Shown one piece after another: positions 42,285 through 52,517 of a stretch of 64,000 nucleotides of DNA. Numbering within the stretch: the stretch's first letter is position 1; the number at the start of each line of letters is the position of its first letter. The DNA comes from an uncultured Piscirickettsiaceae bacterium (GTDB lineage: Bacteria; Pseudomonadota; Gammaproteobacteria; GCF-002020875), in NCBI GenBank assembly GCA_964551545.1, contig CAZKCT010000001.1, positions 36,065 through 100,064 on the forward strand, given 5' to 3'. The position numbers were made by a program, and so were the translations under genes. Under the pieces are notes generated by a model. It was given only the letters and a program-made list of their open reading frames with translations, did no database searches and was not told the DNA's origin.

Positions 42285-42934
42285 CGTAGCGAGAGGATCG
42301 GCCAGCCCCGTTTGGTTGCGGTCTCTCTCAGAGTCTCATCCGGATCAACGGCAACCGGGTGATCGACGTGCTCCAGCAGTGGCAGGTCGTTGTGGGAGTC
42401 GCTGTAGAAGGTGCTCCCCTCCATGGAGATCAGTTGTTGCTCTAGCCATTGGTTAAGGCGAGTGATCTTCCCTTCTTGGTAAGAGGGAAGCCCTGCGACC
42501 GCTCCACTATAGCGGCCATTGATACGCTCTGGTTCGGTGGCGATGAGCTGGGGGATACCCAATTTGTCAGCGATCGGTTCGGTGATGAAACGGTTGGTGG
42601 CGGTGATGATCAGCAGTGTGTCCCCTTTATCTCGATGAGATCTCACCAGCTCAACCGCCTTGGGGAGCCAGATGGGCTCGATCTCCTCGTGCATGAACTG
42701 CTGGTGCCACGCCCGTAGGGTCTCCATCGAGTGGTCTGCCAGTGGTTTGAACTGAAATGTCAGCCACTCATGGATGTCGAGCGTGCCCTGCTGGTACTGC
42801 TGGTAGAAGCGGTCATTTTCGCTACGGTAGAAGTCGGCATCGACATGGCCGTGGCGAACCAGAAACTCTCCCCAGAGGTGGTCACTGTCGCCACCAATCA
42901 GGGTGTTGTCGAGGTCAAAAATGGCGAGTGCCAT
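42281..42934 (-). CDS. HAD-IB family hydrolase (phosphoserine-phosphatase-like)
   Basis: HAD motif I DLDNTL at the N-terminus. I chose the ATG at 42934, MALAIFDLDN. Confidence 0.7.
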   Translation of the reverse strand: MALAIFDLDNTLIGGDSDHLWGEFLVRHGHVDADFYRSENDRFYQQYQQGTLDIHEWLTFQFKPLADHSMETLRAWHQQFMHEEIEPIWLPKAVELVRSHRDKGDTLLIITATNRFITEPIADKLGIPQLIATEPERINGRYSGAVAGLPSYQEGKITRLNQWLEQQLISMEGSTFYSDSHNDLPLLEHVDHPVAVDPDETLRETATKRGWPILSLR

Positions 42935-43051
42935 GGGCTGCTCCTGCATGCATTCGTTGAGAAAGCACATTGTACCGTAACCGATTTTTATGAGACTTCT
43001 GTGATAGACTCGAATTCAATATAAAGAACAACAAGAACAGGCTTAACCGTT

Positions 43052-43579
43052 GTGATTGATGAAAATGGATACCGTCCCAATGTAGGCATCATTGTCATCA
43101 ATGGGCAGGGAAAACTGTTTTGGGCCCGCCGCATCGGACAGGACGGGTGGCAGTTCCCTCAAGGGGGCATTGATGAGCATGAGACGCCGGAAGAGGCGGT
43201 CTACCGGGAGCTCTATGAAGAGATTGGGCTAAGGAATAGCCACGTGGAGTTACTGGGGCAGACCCGAGGCTGGCTTAAATACCGGCTGCCAAAGCGCTGT
43301 ATTCGTCCGGGACAGCATCCCGTCTGTATTGGCCAGAAGCAGAAATGGTTTCTCATGAAGCTGCTGGTGCATGACTCTGAGGTGCGCCTTGATCGGGTCG
43401 ATCATCCTGAGTTTGATGCCTGGCGTTGGGTGGACTACTGGGATCCGATTGGTGACGTGGTCTACTTCAAGCGCAGCGTCTATCGTAATGCGCTTTGTGA
43501 GCTCTCCCACCTTGGGCTGCCGCCCGGGCAACGTCGTCTGCCAGATAAATACCGACTCCCCTGTCGAACCGGTTCATAG
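43052..43579 (+). CDS. rppH: RNA pyrophosphohydrolase RppH (Nudix)
   Basis: [15 protein letters not shown] and a Nudix box ([23 protein letters not shown]). GTG start. Confidence 0.85.
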   Translation: MIDENGYRPNVGIIVINGQGKLFWARRIGQDGWQFPQGGIDEHETPEEAVYRELYEEIGLRNSHVELLGQTRGWLKYRLPKRCIRPGQHPVCIGQKQKWFLMKLLVHDSEVRLDRVDHPEFDAWRWVDYWDPIGDVVYFKRSVYRNALCELSHLGLPPGQRRLPDKYRLPCRTGS

Positions 43580-43607
43580 ACGCTCTTTCGCGTTTTAGCT
43601 TAGCGTT

Positions 43608-44645
43608 TTAATTTTTCAGTTTCCATGGAATGGCCTCTCCCGCGCGGAAGGGGACCAACTTCTCTGTGCCGAAGGGGTGCTCCGCTGGAACCTCCCAGCT
43701 CTCTTTGTACAATGTGACGGTGTCGTGGTTTCTCGGCAAGCGGTAGAAGTCGGGGCCGTGGTGGCTCGCAAATCCTTCGAGTTTATCTAATGCATCAGCG
43801 CGCTCAAACGCCTCGGCGTAGAGCTCAATGGCGGCGTGGGCGGTGTACATGCCGGCGCAGCCACAGCCGCTCTCCTTGGCGTGACGGGGGTGAGGGGCGC
43901 TGTCAGTGCCGAGGAAAAACTTGGAGTTGCCACTGGTGGCGGCACGCACCAGTGCCTCTCTGTGGCGCTCTCTCTTTAGCACCGGCAGACAGTAGAGGTG
44001 AGGGCGTATGCCGCCCTGAAACATGGCGTTACGGTTCATCAGCAGGTGGTGAGCGGTAATGGTGGCCGCGATATTGTCATCGGCCTGCTCCACAAACTGA
44101 ACACCCTGTTCGGTGGTGAGATGTTCGAAAACCAGCCGCAGTCCAGGCGTCTGTTCCAGCATCGGGATCAGTTTGTCGTCAATGAATCGTGCCTCGCGAT
44201 CAAACAGATCAACAGCTGGGTCGGTCACTTCGCCATGGACCAGTAGTGGGAGCTCACACGCTGCCATGGTGCGTAGGGTCTCCTGTACATGGCTGAGATC
44301 GGTGACCCCGGAGTCGGAATTGGTGGTTGCGCCGGCGGGATAGAGCTTGACGGCTTTGACGTGCTTACTGCGGGCCGCCTTTTCAATCTCGTCCGGGGTG
44401 GTCTGGTCGGTGAGATAGAGGGTCATCAGCGGGGTGAAATTGTGTCCTGCCGGTAGGCTGTCGAGGATACGTTGACGGTAATCGAGCGCATGTTCCACGG
44501 TGGTGATGGGTGGGGCAAGGTTGGGCATCACAATGGCGCGTCCGAACTGCCGGGCGCTGTCGCCGACCACAGCAGCCATAGCGGCACCATCTCTCAGATG
44601 TAGATGCCAGTCGTCAGGGCGGGTAATGGTGAGAGTCTGCTCCAT
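43608..44645 (-). CDS. pyrC: Dihydroorotase, class II
   Basis: N-terminal DWHLHLRD metal-binding motif. About 345 aa, the E. coli-type homodimeric DHOase. Confidence 0.85.
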   Translation of the reverse strand: MEQTLTITRPDDWHLHLRDGAAMAAVVGDSARQFGRAIVMPNLAPPITTVEHALDYRQRILDSLPAGHNFTPLMTLYLTDQTTPDEIEKAARSKHVKAVKLYPAGATTNSDSGVTDLSHVQETLRTMAACELPLLVHGEVTDPAVDLFDREARFIDDKLIPMLEQTPGLRLVFEHLTTEQGVQFVEQADDNIAATITAHHLLMNRNAMFQGGIRPHLYCLPVLKRERHREALVRAATSGNSKFFLGTDSAPHPRHAKESGCGCAGMYTAHAAIELYAEAFERADALDKLEGFASHHGPDFYRLPRNHDTVTLYKESWEVPAEHPFGTEKLVPFRAGEAIPWKLKN

Positions 44646-44888
44646 GAGATGTTGGCTCGATTGTGAAAATGGGTCGCTATCATTGCATAAATCCCCTGCT
44701 TTTTCTCGGTTGTTGCAGGGAAATGGGCGATCAATTCTTGATCTTTTTGTTCAAAAAAACGAATATATGAGCAATTAATAATTTATATTAAAAAAACCAT
44801 ATCAAAGGGAATTTGATTCGGGTATAAAGCGTGTTTTTTGCGCGTTACCGTGCCCTTGGACGGTTTTGATTTGAGGTAGAAAAGGATT

Positions 44889-47543
44889 ATGGCTGAAAGA
44901 ATGGACAATGACCCACAAGAGACACAAGAGTGGCTCGATGCGTTGGAGGCGGTGATTGAGTTTGAAGGGACGGACCGTGCCCACTATTTGATCGAAAAGA
45001 TGATGGATCGGGCTCGACGCTCGGGCGTCAATCTTCCTTATAGCTCCAACACAGCCTATGTGAACACTATTCCAGTGAGCCATCAGATCCGTTTTCCAGG
45101 TGATCAGGCGATGGAGCATAAGCTCTTGGCCTATATTCGCTGGAACGCAATGGCGATGGTGGTGAAGGCCAACCACCGTCCGGGTGGCGTCGGCGGCCAC
45201 ATTGCCAGTTTCGCCTCTTCAGCGACTCTCTATGATGTTGGCTTCAACCACTTTTTCCAAGGCAATGATGCAGAGAAAGGGGGCGATCTGGTCTTCTTCC
45301 AGGGCCATACAGCGCCTGGCGTCTATGCGCGTGCCTTCCTCGAGGGGCGGATCAGTGAGGCGCAGTTGACCAATTTCCGTTTTGAGGCGGATGGCGATGG
45401 TGTCTCCTCCTATCCACATCCGTGGTTGATGCGTGACTTCTGGCAGTTCCCCACCGTCTCAATGGGGCTGGGGCCGATTCAGGCAATCTATCAGGCGCGT
45501 TTCATGAAGTACCTGCACCACCGTGAGATTGCCGATACTGATGGTCGTCAGGTCTGGGCCTACCTCGGGGATGGTGAGATGGATGAGCCGGAGTCACTGG
45601 GTGCCATTACCCTGGCCGGACGTGAGAAGCTCGATGATCTGGTCTTTGTGATCAACTGTAACCTGCAGCGTCTCGATGGGCCGGTGCGGGGTAACGGCAA
45701 GATCATTCAGGAGCTGGAGGCACTGTTCCGTGGTGCGGGCTGGAATGTGCTCAAGGTGATCTGGGGCTCTGGCTGGGATGCGCTGCTGGCGAAAGACAAA
45801 ACCGGTCTGCTGTTGAAGCGGATGGAAGAGGTGGTTGATGGCGAGTACCAGAACTACAAGTCAAAGGATGGTGCCTTTGTCCGGGAACACTTCTTCGGCA
45901 AGTATCCCGAGTTGTTGGATCTGGTCTCCGATATGACCGATCAAGACATCTGGAAGCTACAGCGTGGCGGACATGATCCGCGCAAGATCTACGCAGCCTA
46001 TAAAGAGGCGAAGGATCACAAAGGGCAGCCCACCGTGATTCTGGCCAAGACCGTCAAAGGGTATGGCATGGGTGAGGCGGGTGAGGGGCAGAATGCGACC
46101 CACTCACAGAAGAAAATGGGTGTGGAGCACATGCGCCGCTTTCGCGACCGTTTCCATATTCCGGTGACCGATGAGCAGATGGATGAGATTCCTTTCATCC
46201 GCCCTGCAGAGGGAAGCGAAGAGCATAACTACATGCTGGAGCGTCGAGATAGTCTGGGTGGATTCTTGCCGGAGCGTCGTGAAAATGCACCGGCGCTGGA
46301 GGTTCCACCGCTGGAGAGTTTTGAGGCGCTTCTCAAGGGGAGTGGAGAGCGTGAGCTGTCGACCACGATGGTCTTTGTGCGCATGCTCTCTACACTGGCG
46401 CGTGACAAGCAGATGGGCAAGCATGTGGTGCCCATCGTGCCGGATGAGGCGCGTACCTTCGGGATGGAAGGGATGTTCCGTCAACTGGGGATCTACTCCT
46501 CCTCTGGTCAGCTCTATGAGCCAGAGGACTCCGGTAAGGTGATGTGGTATCGCGAGGATACCAAGGGCCAGATCCTGCAAGAAGGGATCAACGAGGCGGG
46601 CGCGATGGCGGAGTGGATGGCGGCAGCCACCGCCTACACCAATCATGGCATCAATATGGTGCCGTTCTATATCTATTACTCGATGTTCGGTTTCCAGCGT
46701 ATTGGTGATCTGGCTTGGGCGGCGGGTGACATGCAGGCGCGTGGCTTTATGGTCGGCGGTACTGCGGGTCGTACCACACTCAATGGGGAAGGGTTGCAGC
46801 ATCAGGATGGCCATAGCCATCTCTTTGCCGCGACCATTCCAAACTGTGTCGCCTATGATCCAACCTACGGCTATGAGCTGACGGTGATTATTCAGGACGG
46901 TATGCGTCGTATGTATCAAGAGCAGGAGAACGTCTTCTACTACGTCGCAGTGATGAATGAGAACTACACCCACCCCGATATGCCAGAGGGGGCGGAAGAG
47001 GGGATTGTGCGGGGTATGTACCCACTCAAGTCGACCGGATCTGGCGAGCGTCAGGTGCAGTTGCTGGGCAGTGGTGCCATTCTGCGTGAAGTAGAGGCGG
47101 CGGCAGAGATGCTGAAGAGCGACTGGGATGTATCTGCCGATATCTGGAGTGTCACCAGCTTCAATGAGCTGGCACGAGACGGGCAAGATACCTCTCGATG
47201 GAATCGTCTCCATCCTGCCGATGCACCGCGACAGAGCTATGTGGCGCAGTGTCTGGAAGGGACCAAAGGGCCAGTGGTTGCCTCAACCGACTATATCCGT
47301 CTCTATGCAGAGCAGATTCGAGATCTGGTGCCTGGGCGTTACGAGACGCTGGGTACCGATGGTTACGGACGCAGTGATACCCGAGAGAAGTTGCGAGACT
47401 TCTTCGAAGTGGATCGACGTTTCGTCACGGTGGCCGCATTGAAGGCGTTGGCGGATGAGGGAACCGTGGAGCTCTCTACAGTCACCGAGGCAATCAACCG
47501 TTACGGGATCGACCCCGAGCGTCCTAACCCCGTTGTACGATAG
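44889..47543 (+). CDS. aceE: Pyruvate dehydrogenase E1 component
   Basis: 884-aa homodimeric-type E1 with a thiamine-diphosphate-binding region (GDGEMDEPES). Confidence 0.9.
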   Translation: MAERMDNDPQETQEWLDALEAVIEFEGTDRAHYLIEKMMDRARRSGVNLPYSSNTAYVNTIPVSHQIRFPGDQAMEHKLLAYIRWNAMAMVVKANHRPGGVGGHIASFASSATLYDVGFNHFFQGNDAEKGGDLVFFQGHTAPGVYARAFLEGRISEAQLTNFRFEADGDGVSSYPHPWLMRDFWQFPTVSMGLGPIQAIYQARFMKYLHHREIADTDGRQVWAYLGDGEMDEPESLGAITLAGREKLDDLVFVINCNLQRLDGPVRGNGKIIQELEALFRGAGWNVLKVIWGSGWDALLAKDKTGLLLKRMEEVVDGEYQNYKSKDGAFVREHFFGKYPELLDLVSDMTDQDIWKLQRGGHDPRKIYAAYKEAKDHKGQPTVILAKTVKGYGMGEAGEGQNATHSQKKMGVEHMRRFRDRFHIPVTDEQMDEIPFIRPAEGSEEHNYMLERRDSLGGFLPERRENAPALEVPPLESFEALLKGSGERELSTTMVFVRMLSTLARDKQMGKHVVPIVPDEARTFGMEGMFRQLGIYSSSGQLYEPEDSGKVMWYREDTKGQILQEGINEAGAMAEWMAAATAYTNHGINMVPFYIYYSMFGFQRIGDLAWAAGDMQARGFMVGGTAGRTTLNGEGLQHQDGHSHLFAATIPNCVAYDPTYGYELTVIIQDGMRRMYQEQENVFYYVAVMNENYTHPDMPEGAEEGIVRGMYPLKSTGSGERQVQLLGSGAILREVEAAAEMLKSDWDVSADIWSVTSFNELARDGQDTSRWNRLHPADAPRQSYVAQCLEGTKGPVVASTDYIRLYAEQIRDLVPGRYETLGTDGYGRSDTREKLRDFFEVDRRFVTVAALKALADEGTVELSTVTEAINRYGIDPERPNPVVR

Positions 47544-47558
47544 AGGAGGAGCAAGACA

Positions 47559-48830
47559 ATGGCAGAGATGATGATTGTTACTGTTCCTGACATCGGGGAC
47601 TTCGCCGAGGTTGAAGTGATTGAAATATTAGTTGCCGAGGGTGATGAGGTTCAGCAGGAAGACTCGTTGATCTCGCTGGAGAGCGACAAGGCAACGATGG
47701 AGATTCCTGCGCCGCAAGGTGGCGTTGTGAAAGGGCTCAAAATTGCGGTTGGAGACAAGGTCTCTGAGGGAGCACCGATCTTGGAGTTGGAGGTGGTTGC
47801 CGGTGCAGCACCTGCTGTAGAGGAGAACCCGAGCGATCCGCCGCCTCAGGTTGAAACGCCAGTGGCTGAAGAGACGCCAAAACCTGCTCCAGCCGCTGTT
47901 GAAACGGCACCCGCGCCATCAGTCATTGATGGCAATAAAGCGCACGCCTCCCCAGCGATCCGTCGTTATGCACGCGAGTTGGGGGTTGACCTCTCTCAGG
48001 TGGGTGGCTCTGGTGCAAAAGGGCGGGTATTGAAAGAGGATGTGAAGCGTTTTGTGAAGAAGGCGCTCTCTGAAGATGGTGTCAAAGGGGGGAGTGGCAT
48101 TCCACCGATCCCCAAGGTCGACTTCTCCAAGTTTGGGAGAGTGGATCCACAACCGCTGTCGCGCATCCAGAAGATTTCAGGCAAGCATCTCCATGCCTGC
48201 TGGTTGAATGTGCCCCATGTCACGCAGTTTGATGAGGCCGATATTACCGAGATGGAGGCGTTCCGTCAGTCGGCGAAAGAGGATGCGGCGGCTCGCGGTG
48301 TGCGCCTGACGCCACTGGTCTTTATCTTGAAGGCGGTGGTTGCGGTGCTCAAGGAGTTCCCTAAATTCAATGCGTCCCTCGATCTGGATAGTGAACAGTT
48401 GATCCTCAAGGACTACTACAACATTGGTGTGGCGGTAGATACCCCGAATGGGTTGATGGTGCCGGTGATCAAGGATGTTGATCGCAAGGGGGTCTATGAG
48501 CTGGCAGAGGAGTTGATGGAGATCAGTGGCCGTGCCCGTGATGGCAAACTCGGCTCAGCCGATCTGCAGGGGGGCACCTTCTCCATCTCCAGCCTGGGTG
48601 GGATTGGCGGAACCCAGTTTACGCCGATTGTGAATGCACCAGAGGTGGCGATCTTGGGAGTGGCCCGCTCACAGATGAAACCGATCTGGAATGGAGCCGA
48701 GTTTGAGCCACGCCTGATGTTGCCGTTGGCGCTGTCGTATGATCATCGGGTGATCGATGGGGCGGATGGCGCTCGCTTTGCTGCACGACTGGGGAATCTG
48801 CTCAGTAGCTTTGTGAAAGTATTGCTCTAG
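47559..48830 (+). CDS. aceF: Dihydrolipoamide acetyltransferase E2, with a single lipoyl domain
   Basis: One lipoyl domain (SLESDKATMEIPA). An Ala/Pro linker. A peripheral-subunit-binding domain. Catalytic domain with DHRVIDGA. Confidence 0.9.
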   Translation: MAEMMIVTVPDIGDFAEVEVIEILVAEGDEVQQEDSLISLESDKATMEIPAPQGGVVKGLKIAVGDKVSEGAPILELEVVAGAAPAVEENPSDPPPQVETPVAEETPKPAPAAVETAPAPSVIDGNKAHASPAIRRYARELGVDLSQVGGSGAKGRVLKEDVKRFVKKALSEDGVKGGSGIPPIPKVDFSKFGRVDPQPLSRIQKISGKHLHACWLNVPHVTQFDEADITEMEAFRQSAKEDAAARGVRLTPLVFILKAVVAVLKEFPKFNASLDLDSEQLILKDYYNIGVAVDTPNGLMVPVIKDVDRKGVYELAEELMEISGRARDGKLGSADLQGGTFSISSLGGIGGTQFTPIVNAPEVAILGVARSQMKPIWNGAEFEPRLMLPLALSYDHRVIDGADGARFAARLGNLLSSFVKVLL

Positions 48831-48943
48831 TCTAATGCCCCCATTGAATTTGGTAATGGTGGGTATTTAGATTTACTGTTTGGCTTGGGTTGCGCCACAA
48901 GGCACGCTACCCGTTTCACGGTCATAGGATTGAGAGAAGAAGA

Positions 48944-50674
48944 ATGACGACTGAGGTAAGAGTACCCGATATCGGGGATTTCGAGGGGGTAGAGGTGATC
49001 GAGTTGCTGGTCTCAGCCGGTGACAGTATCGCCAAAGAGGACTCACTGGTCTCGCTGGAGAGTGACAAGGCGACCATGGAGATCCCTTCGCCAGTTGCCG
49101 GTACGGTGCAAGAGATCAAGATTGTTGTAGGGGACAAGGTATCCCAGGGGGATCTGATCCTACTGGCAGAGGTTGCAGAGACAATAGCAGCGCCTGAGAC
49201 AGAGGAGAAAGTCGCGGCGGCTGCGTCTCCACTTACACCGGCAGCAGCCCCCACTGGTGATGCCGATATTCAGGCGGAAGTACTGGTGCTGGGATCTGGT
49301 CCCGGTGGTTACACGGCGGCTTTCCGTGCCGCAGATCTTGGCAAGAAAGTGGTGATGGTAGAGCGCCACGCCTCGATTGGTGGCGTCTGCCTCAATGTGG
49401 GCTGTATCCCCTCCAAGGCACTGCTACATACCGCACAGGTGATTAACGAGGCGGATTCGATGGCCAATCATGGCGTCCGTTTCAGTCAGCCTGAAGTGAA
49501 TATTGACAAGATCCGTGACTGGAAAGAGGGCGTGGTCAACCGTCTGACCGGTGGTTTGGGTATGCTGGCCAAGCAGCGCAAGGTGCAGGTGGTCACTGGA
49601 GAGGGTCAATTCACCTCACCCAATACCCTGTCTGTAGAGACGGCGGAAGGGATGAAGAGCATCTCTTTCGAAAATGCGATCATCGCAGCCGGTTCTCGTT
49701 CAGTAGAAATTCCGGTTTTCCCTCATGATGATTCCCGGGTGTGGGACTCCACCGATGCACTGCGTCTGAAAGAGGTGCCGGAGCGTCTGTTGATTGTTGG
49801 GGGTGGCATCATCGGACTGGAGATGGCGACGGTCTATGAGGCGTTGGGTTCTAAAATTACTGTGGTTGAGCTCCAGGATTCGCTGATTCCCGGTGCCGAC
49901 AAGGACATTGTCCGCCCACTGCAGAAGCGCATCGGCAAGCGTTACGAGAATATCTATCTGAAGACCCGTGTCGCCAGCATGAGCGCAGAAGAGAGCGGCA
50001 TTAAGGTGGGCTTTGAAGGGGGCAAGGCGCCGCAAGAGGATACCTTCGATGCAGTGCTGGTCTCGGTTGGTCGCGCGCCCAATGGCAAGTTAATTAGCGC
50101 AGAGAGTGCTGGTGTGAATGTCGATGACTATGGCTTTATCGCCACAGACAAGCAGATGCGAACCAATGTTTCTCACATCTTTGCGATTGGAGATATCGTT
50201 GGACAACCGATGCTGGCCCACAAAGCGACCCATGAGGCGAAGGTGGCTGCGGAGGTGATTTGCGGTCATAAGTCAGCCTTTGACCCGCTGACTATTCCAT
50301 CGGTGGCCTATACCGATCCTGAGGTGGCGTGGGCAGGGCTAACCGAGATCGAGGCAAAAGCGCAGGGCATTGAATTCACCAAGGGTGCGTTCCCGTGGGC
50401 AGCGAGTGGCCGTAGTCTCAGTATCGGACGTGATGAAGGGATGACCAAGGCGCTTTTCGACAAGGAGAGTGGCCGCCTGATTGGTGCTGCGATGGTGGGG
50501 ACCAACGCGGGCGAGTTGATTGCCGAGGCGGTGTTGGGAATCGAGATGGGTTCGGACATGGAAGATATTGGGCTGACTATTCATCCCCATCCGACCCTGT
50601 CGGAGACACTCTGTTTTGCTGCAGAGATGGCAGAAGGAACCATTACTGACCTGATGCCACCAAAAAAGAGGTAA
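48944..50674 (+). CDS. lpdA: Dihydrolipoyl dehydrogenase E3 with an N-terminal lipoyl domain
   Basis: N-terminal lipoyl domain (SLESDKATMEIPSP) fused to a flavoprotein disulfide reductase (GGVCLNVGCIPSK redox-active disulfide; C-terminal HPHPTLSE). Confidence 0.85.
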   Translation: MTTEVRVPDIGDFEGVEVIELLVSAGDSIAKEDSLVSLESDKATMEIPSPVAGTVQEIKIVVGDKVSQGDLILLAEVAETIAAPETEEKVAAAASPLTPAAAPTGDADIQAEVLVLGSGPGGYTAAFRAADLGKKVVMVERHASIGGVCLNVGCIPSKALLHTAQVINEADSMANHGVRFSQPEVNIDKIRDWKEGVVNRLTGGLGMLAKQRKVQVVTGEGQFTSPNTLSVETAEGMKSISFENAIIAAGSRSVEIPVFPHDDSRVWDSTDALRLKEVPERLLIVGGGIIGLEMATVYEALGSKITVVELQDSLIPGADKDIVRPLQKRIGKRYENIYLKTRVASMSAEESGIKVGFEGGKAPQEDTFDAVLVSVGRAPNGKLISAESAGVNVDDYGFIATDKQMRTNVSHIFAIGDIVGQPMLAHKATHEAKVAAEVICGHKSAFDPLTIPSVAYTDPEVAWAGLTEIEAKAQGIEFTKGAFPWAASGRSLSIGRDEGMTKALFDKESGRLIGAAMVGTNAGELIAEAVLGIEMGSDMEDIGLTIHPHPTLSETLCFAAEMAEGTITDLMPPKKR

Positions 50675-50686
50675 AATAGACTCAAT

Positions 50687-50768
50687 CACCACAGAGGGCA
50701 CAGAGCACACAGAGTTTTCAAAACGATCTCTCTGTGGACTCTGTGCCCTCTGTGGTTCATCTGTTTTT
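50687..50768 (+). terminator. Long compound palindrome followed by a T-run, a probable terminator of the pyruvate dehydrogenase operon
   Basis: CACCACAGAGGGCACAGAG at 50687-50705 pairs perfectly with CTCTGTGCCCTCTGTGG(T) at 50739-50756. There is an inner CACAGAG/CTCTGTG stem, then TGTTTTT at 50762-50768. Confidence 0.6.
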
Positions 50769-50788
50769 GAAGTTTTTGGAAGATTGTC

Positions 50789-52003
50789 ATGTCAGAGATC
50801 AAGAAAGTCGTACTCGCCTACTCGGGCGGCCTGGATACCTCCATCATCCTCAAGTGGCTGGAGGATGTTTATGGGTGTGAGGTGGTCACCTTTACTGCTG
50901 ATATCGGTCAGGGTGAAGAGGTCGAGCCAGCGCGTGCCAAGGCGGAGGCGATGGGGATCAAGGAGATCTATATCGATGATCTGCGTGAGGAGTATGCGCG
51001 TGATTTTATTTTCCCGATGTTCCGCGCTAATGCGATCTATGAGGGGGAGTATCTGCTTGGTACCTCGATTGCCCGTCCACTGATCTCTAAACGTCTGGTG
51101 GAGATTGCCAAAGAGACCGGTGCGGATGCGATTTCCCACGGCGCAACCGGCAAGGGGAACGACCAGGTGCGCTTTGAATTGGGTGCCTATGCGCTGATGC
51201 CGGATGTGAAGATCATCGCGCCATGGCGCGAGTGGGATCTCAACTCGCGCGCCAAGCTGATGGCCTATGCCGAAGAGCACAATATCCCGGTCGACTTTGC
51301 CCAGCAAGGAAAGAAGTCCCCCTACTCAATGGATGCCAACCTGTTACACATCTCCTATGAGGGCGATATTCTGGAAGACCCCTACGCGGAGCCAGAAGAA
51401 GAGATGTGGCGTTGGAGTGTCTCCCCAGAGAATGCTCCGAATGAGCCGACTTACATTGAGGTCGATTTCGAGAACGGTGATCCGGTGGCGATCAATGGTG
51501 AGGCGATGAGCCCGGCCACGGTGATGGAGACCCTGAACAAGCTCGGTGGTGATAATGGGATCGGTCGTGACGATATCGTCGAGAACCGCTATGTCGGGAT
51601 GAAGTCCCGTGGTTGTTACGAGACACCGGGAGGGACCATTCTGCTCAAGGCCCACCGCGCAATCGAATCGCTGACGCTGGATCGTGAGGCGGCCCACATG
51701 AAGGATGAGCTGATGCCACGCTACGCCAAGCTGGTCTACAACGGCTACTGGTGGTCCCCAGAGCGGGAGATGCTGCAGGCAGCGATTGATGAGACCCAGA
51801 AGGTGGTCAATGGTACGGTACGTCTGAAGCTCTACAAGGGCAATGTGATTGTGGTGGGGCGCAAGTCCGAAACCAATAGTCTCTTCAATGAAGAGATCGC
51901 CACCTTTGAAGAGGATGATGGCGCTTATGACCAGAAGGATGCGGCCGGGTTTATCCGCTTGAACTCACTGCGACTGCGCATTGGAGCCAAGCAGGGTCGT
52001 TAG
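50789..52003 (+). CDS. argG: Argininosuccinate synthase
   Basis: N-type ATP pyrophosphatase motif AYSGGLDTS. 404 aa. Confidence 0.9.
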   Translation: MSEIKKVVLAYSGGLDTSIILKWLEDVYGCEVVTFTADIGQGEEVEPARAKAEAMGIKEIYIDDLREEYARDFIFPMFRANAIYEGEYLLGTSIARPLISKRLVEIAKETGADAISHGATGKGNDQVRFELGAYALMPDVKIIAPWREWDLNSRAKLMAYAEEHNIPVDFAQQGKKSPYSMDANLLHISYEGDILEDPYAEPEEEMWRWSVSPENAPNEPTYIEVDFENGDPVAINGEAMSPATVMETLNKLGGDNGIGRDDIVENRYVGMKSRGCYETPGGTILLKAHRAIESLTLDREAAHMKDELMPRYAKLVYNGYWWSPEREMLQAAIDETQKVVNGTVRLKLYKGNVIVVGRKSETNSLFNEEIATFEEDDGAYDQKDAAGFIRLNSLRLRIGAKQGR

Positions 52004-52025
52004 GCTGTATGGGCAGGATGGATTG

Positions 52026-52502
52026 ATGGGACCTTCAGTAAAACTGGTTTTCACCAATCCCATCCACTTTCTCGCCTTCGGATTTGGTTCGGGACTGGCT
52101 CCATTTGCACCTGGGACCTTTGGTACGCTGGCGGCCATTCCACTCTATCTAATGATGCAGCCGCTTTCGCTGCCACTCTATCTTGCTGTGGTTGCGATCG
52201 CGTTCATTGCTGGGATCTGGATCTGTGGGGTCGCGGGTGCCGACCTTGGGGTACATGATCATGGTGGGATTGTCTGGGATGAATTTGTTGGCCTTTGGGT
52301 AACCATGATCGCCGCCCCAGCGGGTTGGCCATGGGTGGTTGCTGGTTTTCTGCTCTTTCGTTTGTTTGATATCTGGAAGCCGTGGCCCATCAGTTGGGCG
52401 GATCAGCAGCTTTCTGGTGGCTTCGGGGTGATGCTGGATGATCTGATTGCAGGGCTTTATGCGCTGCTGTTGATGCAGATTGCGGCGTACTGGTTGAAAT
52501 AG
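52026..52502 (+). CDS. pgpA: Phosphatidylglycerophosphatase A
   Basis: Conserved PgpA motifs (GFGSGLAPFAPGTFGTL ... LFRLFDIWKPWPI). The ATG at 52026 is internal to the ORF-track call. Confidence 0.8.
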   Translation: MGPSVKLVFTNPIHFLAFGFGSGLAPFAPGTFGTLAAIPLYLMMQPLSLPLYLAVVAIAFIAGIWICGVAGADLGVHDHGGIVWDEFVGLWVTMIAAPAGWPWVVAGFLLFRLFDIWKPWPISWADQQLSGGFGVMLDDLIAGLYALLLMQIAAYWLK

Positions 52503-52517
52503 AAATAGCTGTCCCAC

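Noticed and set aside
46104-47213. 369-aa ORF antisense to aceE
   Set aside because: It is antisense to highly conserved E1, has no start context and no motifs.
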